Positions 53,501-62,500 of a stretch of 64,000 nt of DNA are shown here, piece by piece. The stretch is from contig NMRA01000082.1 of assembly GCA_002633005.1 (NCBI GenBank), forward strand, positions 845,988 through 909,987. The letters are read 5' to 3'. A program made the position numbers and the translations under genes. The notes beneath the pieces were generated by a model. It saw only the letters and a program-made list of their open reading frames with translations, had not been told where the DNA came from and ran no database searches. The stretch's first letter is position 1. Every line of letters starts with the position of its first letter. Source of the DNA: Phoronis australis (Eukaryota; Animalia; Phoronida).

Positions 53501-56500
53501 CGTTGGGAATTGAAGCTTTGTTCTGCAGGAGTGAACCTCGACTTAAACCGTCCATTCCGTGACTGTCGTGCTTGGCTCCGTTATGTTTTTGTATGGGATT
53601 GCGATGTTCACTCGTCGCAGGACACCAGTTTATGTGACTCAAATTTGTTTTAACCTCACACTTGCAAAAGTTGTGTTACTTGTATAGAAGAAAATTTGCT
53701 GTTTGCGTAATTGAGAACAGTTGCCACTTGTTATGCCGAACTTCCAACTCATGACATGCGTAGAATCGCCTTTGTACTGTTGCAGACACCTTGATCACGT
53801 TCAATCTCCTTGCTCCGACGGGGCTGTCTACCAAGTTATCAAGTCGAGCGCTTCACGACTGGAACACGAAAGTCTACGAAGGATCAGTCGTCGTAGTCGA
53901 CGATCAAGGAAAAACGGTGTGCACTGTCCCTAAACAAGTACCCACAATTGAACCGACAACGAGTGTTACAGAAATTGTAGACAAACGTGAGTCAAATTAG
54001 CAAATCCGGCACTAGCAGTTGCGTCGCGTTCACCATGTTTTCCGTTTTGAGGTCTCGCAAGCGTTATCTAAATATGACGCAAGTGTCCAGAGAGATAACA
54101 ACAATAAGAACAGAAATGTCCTATGCAGGGGTGGATCCGGGATTTTGAGTTAGGGCGGCCAGGGCAGAGTATTAGCCAGGATTTCGCTCGTGAGACATTC
54201 GTACCCCTACAGCCAAATGGAATCTGGGAGAATTTTACGGGGTCATGGCCCCCTTGCCCCCTCCGCCTCTAAATCCGCCCCTGCTAGATGTTCTTAATGA
54301 CATTTTACTAGGAATGTTACCAAACAATTTTAAAGGGTCTGCGGCAAAGTAATCAAACATTATTCAAAGCGTTCTACCCAAGACTTTGTTGGCTGTGTAA
54401 TTGCTTAGTACTGCACTTTATTTCCGGTGACACGATAACGTGCACTGTCTAGTAAACTATTCCGTAGAGGCAAGAATCTAGCGAACTCGCGTCGGTCAAA
54501 CATTTGCTCCTCAAACTGTTTTTTGATTAGCCATGTTTCAACATAAACCAAATTTCGACAGAACTAGGGATTGTGCTATTCCAAACTTTCACAAAAACCG
54601 GCTTTGGTAGTACTTCGCGTCCCTACATGTACGTCAGTTTTTTTTTAAGCGACGCACCCCACGATCGAATAGAAACATTTAATGTCAAATAGCCCGCAGT
54701 CGTAAGAAAGGGTTAACGTAATACATGCGATAGAACTTGGATATCTCTCTGTGAACACTATGTTATTGAATGGAGTGAAAGGACCTCTAGTTAGGATCTG
54801 CTCGTTGGTCGAAAGGGTGAAGATAAAAAGCGTCTGGTTTCGAAGGATCGGGAGTAACCAGTCACAGTAGTTGATTTGGAAACTTAGGTTGAATGCTCAA
54901 TGCCGGCACCATGCAAGACTTCAAAAACCTCGATTTTAAGAAAATCATTGGTCACGTAATTACATGGTCATCACTACCATTTTGAAGAAGGTATTACAAG
55001 CAAATATTTGAGGACATGAATAATTTCAACGATTTGAGAATAACTCACGTTTTGTTGCATTTCTAGTTTCCAAAGTTGTGGCGTCGTTCAGATTGATATG
55101 CAGCAAAACTAAAATACAGACACTAGAAGACCACCTTAAAGAATCTCTACCACGTATTCTCGGCTTTGCTAAAACGAGGCTGGAAAAGACCACAGTGTTG
55201 AAAAGAACAGACGGTAGTTCTCAAGTTTTCATTATGCAACTATTTATTTGATGTATTTACTAGGTTATTTGTATTTAAAAGGAATGAATTACAATTATGT
55301 AATATAAATGAAATATTGGCCATTGGTTTTCCTTTTCGTATTCAGGATACCACGTGTCTGTGGTTATTCTACCACCTACGAAGTTTTCGACAAAGAAATC
55401 GAGTGAAATATTGGCCTCCTTGAACAGAATGCTATTCAACGGAGAACTGAAAGTAGGGGACGCTAACGCCGAAGTATGTACGACAGATCCAAAACAACCA
55501 GCACTGGTTGTAGATCCCGTCGGCCCAGAGCCACCAGGCGTAAGTAAAGGTCAGTTGTGTGAGAACTTGTGCTAAGTTTGAGTTGAGTTGAAGCAATGCA
55601 TCTCGACTGGTCCAGTCTTTAAATCACCAATGGGTGAATCAAGAATGCCAAATTTAGTGCATGTGACTATTTCCGCAGAATTGGGCTAGTCACAACACAG
55701 GCAGATGGCAATCAAGAGATTCACAAAGGCTCGTATCAAAATTCTCATTTTTAGGTGACGTGAATGGGCGAATTTTTTGAGCAAAACGATGTTAACTAAA
55801 ATGCGCTAAAATGATGGCTTTCAAATCGCTTCAATGCTTAATGTATTATAATGTTTATAAATAACAGGTGACTTCTCTGAGTTACCTGTTGTAATTAAGG
55901 TAAAGCCATGTTCCTGTCTCATGGGGGTCATCGTACATGTACAACCATACTGTTGGGGTGGTCTCATTCCAGGGAAGCGAAAAACCGGAAGTATTTCCCA
56001 AGTGCATCACCGTAAGAGATTCTCAAGTTCGTAATGTGTTGATCTCATGTCAATATAATCGATATCGCGCGCAAACAAATAAGCAAAACGTATCTCGAGG
56101 ATGCAAACTAATTAGTGCACGCAGCCATATATCTACAATATATTCCGTTCATTTCAAGTTTGCTCTTGATTGACAGAAGTACATTGAGTTGGCCGTAAAA
56201 TATGCTATATATCAACAAGAGGTACGTTTCTTCGTTTGTTCTCCGTATTTTGCTGATTTACATTGCGAGAACCAAGCACATCGTAAAATTATATTTACTC
56301 CTTCATTGGAAAATAGTGAGACAAGCATATCAGAATACATTTGAATTTACGTGTTTTCGAGCCCTGCCTTGCGTTCCAAGGAAAGCGCTTCGAAGAGCTT
56401 GCCTTATTGAACGCAAGGCTGATTGACTGGAATTGTTTGCTTCGTTGACATGTTTGTATTATCCATATGCCCCGATGCCAAACTTTACTCGAAAATCCTT

Positions 56501-59500
56501 TTGAGAATTTGTCAACGGCTTTGCATGTAGTTCTTGAGTAGAGTCTCAAGATATAATTGATGCTCTTGACCCAATTTCATGAACAGTAACTTAACTGTAA
56601 TATTTTGTGTTCTGCTTTAGGGCAGCCTCAAACTTCTCTGTACTCTGTATTTGAGGATATTTCGATTTAATTTTGAGTTAATAATCAGTATTCACATCTG
56701 CCCATTGCTACAGTCAACCTATCAATTCGAAATCAAATTAGATTTTGTCGCTCTTTTCCTGGGTCAACAAGTGCAATCTTGCCTTTTGTATTGATCCTCA
56801 TTACTGATTTAAAGTGTACTCAAAGATTCTTATCTTACGCTCACACTAATATAGAAAAGAGACCTGCATGCCGGACTAGGTCATAAGACAACAGTGATGA
56901 CATGAGATGAGGATCATGATGGAAATGTTAGCAATCGACCTATCGCCAGAGCCTTCTTGACACACCTTCGTTTCTAAGCCGCCGTTTTACCCGACAAAGA
57001 ACACGTTGCCGGGTAAAACGTATTGTTTGTCGGTCTACAGTTCGCAAGGGGTGGAGTTTGAGATAGGTCAATTGACATTGGTCCTTTTCAGATAAGGATA
57101 ACAAGGTGTCGGTTACCCTGGACTGTACGTCTACGAAGTTTGACAATAAAGAACAGCTTGCTACCGATGCGCTTGTAGACGTTACGCAAGTAAAGCCAGA
57201 GAGGATAGCAAGCTTGAAGTTTCACCAAAGTGGTTCTAGTAAGATAGCGTGCAGTCTTAAAATTGTTTCACTTGATTTGCCATGAATACTAGTTGGTTAC
57301 ATACATCTTCTCTTCCCTGGTCGAAATCAAATTCGTCTCACGCTGTTCACATTTCATTTCTTCGTATTTCCCTTTTAAATAAATCAGCAGGTCATTTGTC
57401 ACTGAAGGCGAAACCTTGTCAAGCGTGCAACGTAATCGTGCCGTCGTGGGCAATGGTAGATGAAACTTATTTCGTGTTCGTCAACAGAAACCGTTTTGGA
57501 ATTTACGCTGCGTCCACCGACGGCAACATCACCAATGCCAAGCGGGAAAGCGCTGATGTGGTTGCAAGCGGCGGTCAACGAAAAAGTTTTCGTCATCAAG
57601 AACAAAGACGGAAATAATGCTTGCAAAGGAACAGCTGTTGTCGTCAACCCAAGTAGGAAAGCTTTTTACATGTACTTACTTTGTGAATAGGCATTGTAAA
57701 ATGACATGAAAACTGCTAAAAGAAAGGTGCAATACTACGACAGCTAACCGGTTAAATTCTGTAAACGTGCTGTAGTTTTCAAAATAAATGGGACGACGGT
57801 GAAGTTTGTCAGAATTTCGGCACACAAAATTGCATTTAAATATCAATTTCTTCATCCATCCAGGAAAATTTATAATCAAAGACTATTGAACCTGTTCATA
57901 TGGTCTATTGTACTTAATAAAATCCTTAAGGTCTCGGGAGTCTCCTGTTCCTTTCTTGAAGAGTGGTTGGATGATTGGCATAGACTCTATTCACACGGCG
58001 GACATTAAAATCCAAAGCGAGGCTCACTGCGATAAACAAAGCGAAAGTAGACATTGCGTGAGTTAAATAGCCGGTCTTTCGAGTCCAACCTGGATATTGA
58101 ATTTTAATAATGTGTCAACAATTAAACCACACAGACGTAGAAAATTACATTACAGAACATGTTAAGGCATCAAAGAGTTGTCTGACGTAAGGGTTTAATT
58201 TTTTTCGGAAAACTAGGTTCGAAACATGAAAAGTAAATATGACCAAATTGCGGCGATCGTAGTGTTACGGATTAGGTATTATGCTGAATGCAGGGTTACT
58301 TTTTTTCTTGTAAATTGTTGATCAAAATACTTTCTACGCGGACCAGGTCATCTGCTCGTATTGTTAACAAGTTGAAGACATATTCGACAGTGGTGTCTGT
58401 CATGTGCAATTAGTCACATCTGGTTTAATTTGTTGATCAAGAATATTAAAATCAAGCATAATCTGATCCTATGCACTCCCTGGGACTAACAGTTGATTTG
58501 TCATTGATCTGAAAGAACAATTGATGTTATTAAATATATTTTTTATTAAAATAATATACCAGACTCGTAATTGAAAATAATTTGACCATCAATTATGCTT
58601 TCTTGGTTGTAATAATGCTTACGTCTATTTCATGTGTTAGATTTCAAGTATCAATTTGGACCAAGTTGAATTTTAAAATTAAAACACCTAATTCGTTCGT
58701 CCAAAACCTAACCTCGCTTTAGAACTCAATTTCAGTTAACTGGACATTGAAATCATAGTTATCATGTTTCTGCAGGAACCTCGTGCATCCGAGGGGAAAG
58801 GTGCTAGTGCCTACCTGAGAGGCGATTTTTTCGCCGAGTGAGGGTGGGAACAGTCTACCTCCCGATCACCATCAATAGCACCCCTGCCCTGTTGCAAGCT
58901 CTCATAGCCTCTGTCTCATTTTAAAGTAGCCTTTTGTGCTCTTAAAAATTGTCACCTGTGTGGTTACAGGTTATGTGAACTCAGAGAGATTTTTCACTAG
59001 GGGAATTTTTATGCCTCGTGGGGGGAATTTCGCGTGATATTTCAATATTTTTGAGAGAGGAATAGGGCCGATATTGGGCCCTAAATTTGAGGGATTGAGG
59101 GCTCTGTCCTTTTTGGAAAGAAAAATTATAATGTTTCAACCCGTAGCACTAGGGGCGGATCCAGGATTTTGAATTGGGGGGGGCAGGCACAGCAATAAGC
59201 AACATTTCGGCAGATGCGCGCGCCCAGCCTAAAATCTGGGGATGCAGGGGTCTTGAATTCTTGGGTTTGCGGACCTGTTGACTAAAAAAAACGGTAAACG
59301 GGGTTCATTCAGCGCCTATGCGTTGTTTATTCACCCCCAAGACCCCCTGGTTGCGCACGTGTGCTAGTCAGCAATTCGCACCCGAACTCAAAAATGGGAT
59401 CTGATACAATTTTAGTGCCCCCCCCCCAAATCCGTAGTCATGAAAATACAACCTGGCTGGCCCATTCTCTGGTCGTTACCATGATGTTTGACAACTGACC

Positions 59501-62500
59501 GAGATGCGACAAAATATGATCTAACTTTTCGAAACCATTTATTTTACACGGACATATTTTGCTTTGTCGGCGTATGGCAACGACCCAACGCTTCCGAATC
59601 TAAACGTCTTTAGAGATTGGGAAACGTGTACATATTTTTTCTAGCCGTTCGGGGAACAACACGGACTGAAACACAGACTCCTATGCCGATAAGCTAACAG
59701 AGCTATCGTAGCGAGCCTCGTTTTGGAACGCGCCTCCTGTCGGCGTGAATAGGGTCTATGGCGAGACAGGTGGAAGCTTTTTACTTTGATCTCACGTGAT
59801 ACGGTCTATTGTAGTGTTCCAACCGGTAGACAGAGCAAACCTCTGTCTATTAACTGGCGGGTTAGAAACGTTTATGGAACGTGCCTCCTTGTCGCCTCTT
59901 AAACCAGTTGTAGCCTCTCCTCAATAATTCAACAATGCCATAACGGAATTCGTGAACATTCACATTTAAGTGTCTGTGCACCGTCGTCGAAACGCCTCTC
60001 CCTTCGGTCCTCCGGTGTTTATACAACCATTTGCGTGAGTTTCCCCTGTATACTGTACGCCTCGGTACTATTGTCACTTTCACGACTGGTGTTCTCAAGG
60101 TTGTTCACCGTCCCGTGTAACTGTTGCATTCATTTTGTGCATCTCGACAAACCTATTTAAGAAAACTGTGGGGTAGTTCATCACAACAGTTGTGAAGGTT
60201 CTTTAGCGACTCAAGAAAACACTTCAAAGTTTTTCGGGGTTGGCCAACACAGAAATAGCGAATTTGAAAGTGGCGCATGTTAAATTGCCAGTAAACTGAG
60301 TCGACTGCTCCTTCGGCAACAAGGTCAAGGTCGGACGTATGTGTGGTGCATTTTATACCCGGAGGACTTGTTGTATCATCAATGACTGACAGCGGCGAAA
60401 GGCTCATTTAGGGATGACATTGTATGTTGGGTGTGACAATATATGCCGGATACTAGGCTTTCTGGGTGTGCTCTCCGACCTTTTGGGTGAAAGGCCAGGG
60501 CAAAATCTCTGTTGTCAAAGTTATTTCATGCTTTTGGATTCTGCACAGTGATGTGTTCTCCGGTAATGCTGTATTGTAACGGGCGGTTTGATCACAACTG
60601 TGCAATTATTCTGCATGACTCGTATTAACTGTAAATCTTGTTCCAGAGACGAAGTGCCCAGACGGAATGTACGGCCCAGACTGCAGTAACAAGTGTAACT
60701 GTGATCCCGGCCAACCTTGCAACCATCTTGGAAAATGTGAACCCAGTAAGATTGTACTCCTAACCAACTGCAGCTGAGCAGAGGCAAACCGCGTGAATTA
60801 GTCAAGTCGAAGTTAACCACGTGGTTAAACTATACACCTCATTGTTGATATTGTTGATAGCGCTTGGTAAATCGTTCACCTGTGTGGTGCTACAAATCAC
60901 GCCTACTTTTGTAAATTTTCCAATATTATGCTCATTGCGCAATTCTCGGTACTTGGATCCCATGCATGCGTGTTTTTCATGTTCAATCGTGATCTTAGGC
61001 TACGATTTCAAATGACCAAGAATTATTATAAACAATGGTACTCATTAACTTTTTCTGCAAATCATCAGTAGCGCGCAGCGCGTCCTGTTGTATGCTCCAG
61101 CCAAAGTGGTGAACTCCTGCTAAACTTCCATCGCCTGCAACACTCGTCATTTTGTAATGTCTTATTGCCTTCTTACTTTATACCCACTCTACGGCCTTGG
61201 TCAAGCAAGACGGCGTTCACGTGCTTGTTTTGACACCCGCTTCAGTATTCTATACTGGATGACTAATGAAGCTGCATTAGCCCTATTTCTGTTTTGCTGG
61301 ACAAAACGGAAAATAAATTTATGCTTTTACAACTGTCATTAAGCCGCTGTCTCATTTTCCTTGCCGTTGTTTTATTTCATTTCCTTGAACAACAATCGCG
61401 TAAGAGGTTGGAGTTGGTCAACTCTAGAACTGCTGACTCGAAAAGGTTGCATCACATAGCTTGAGACTTGAGATGCTGGCTCATTCAGCATTACCTCACG
61501 ATCTGGTAATATCTTTAAACCCCAATGTATTTTCGTAAAGTATTCAACATTGACAACGGGACGGGGTCTAATTGCACTTCCCGAACAGAAAACGCCCTAC
61601 CAAACAAATATTCTTTACAAAGTCCCCTTTCTCTAGACAATAGGATAGTGCATAATGACTTCGATAAATTAATTGTACCTTGCTTGTGATGTGCTCTGTT
61701 TCTCTTTCAAGAAATAAAGTGCCCCGAAAAAACTTTCGGCGAACAATGCAAATATAACTGCGATTGCACGGACTCAACGGCTGTATGTCCGCCTGAAATA
61801 CTCGGCTGTGAATCTAAATGCAAATCGGTAACAAAGGGAACTTGCAAAGTCGTGTGCGCTGCTGGGCTTTACGGCGAGGACTGCTCAAAGAGGTGCGACT
61901 GCAAAGTGACAATCGCATGTGTTGACGGAAAATGCACGAAAGGTGAATCGATGGTAAAATGACAAGTGCTGTGAAATTGAACTTCCTAAGTTGAGGCGTA
62001 AATGCACTACCCTACATGTACCATGTACATCTGAAAAAAGCAAGTGAAAGTGAAAGTATACAATAAGGACTTCCGTAATGTGTTGTTTGTTTCTCTTTGT
62101 CCTGTCTCTACTTCCCTGAAGTGAGTAGAACTATGGGCAGAAAATTACACATGTAGTTATTCTACTCCTCATTCTTGATGGACACCGTATTGTTGCATGA
62201 TATATTAATTTTATGCTTACAACTGAGAGCGAGGGGGAACCATGGAGGGAGAAAGGAAGGGACGTGTTGATGGTGGCGTATATCTGTTTATGTTGGTATA
62301 ACAGTAATATATATAGCTATATATATGTGCATGAGCGTACATGCTTGTGTGCGTCCGTGTACTCCATTGTAGGTTGGTTGTACGTGAAATCTTGTTGCAG
62401 ACAAAACGTGTGATAATCCGATGAAATACGGCATCGACTGCGACTTGGAGTGTCGGTGCGCCGAAGGCAGCGCATGTAGTCGTGCTGAGGGTTTATGCAA

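Noticed and set aside
53880-53900. GSVVV in module B3 as a SEA cleavage site
   Set aside because: It falls at the late G-l-x position (GQLKL in A3), not at the turn where SEA domains cleave, and is not conserved.
59909-60419. Possible solo LTR on the minus strand (TGTCA...TATAAAA...TACA)
   Set aside because: No target-site duplication and no second copy in the window.
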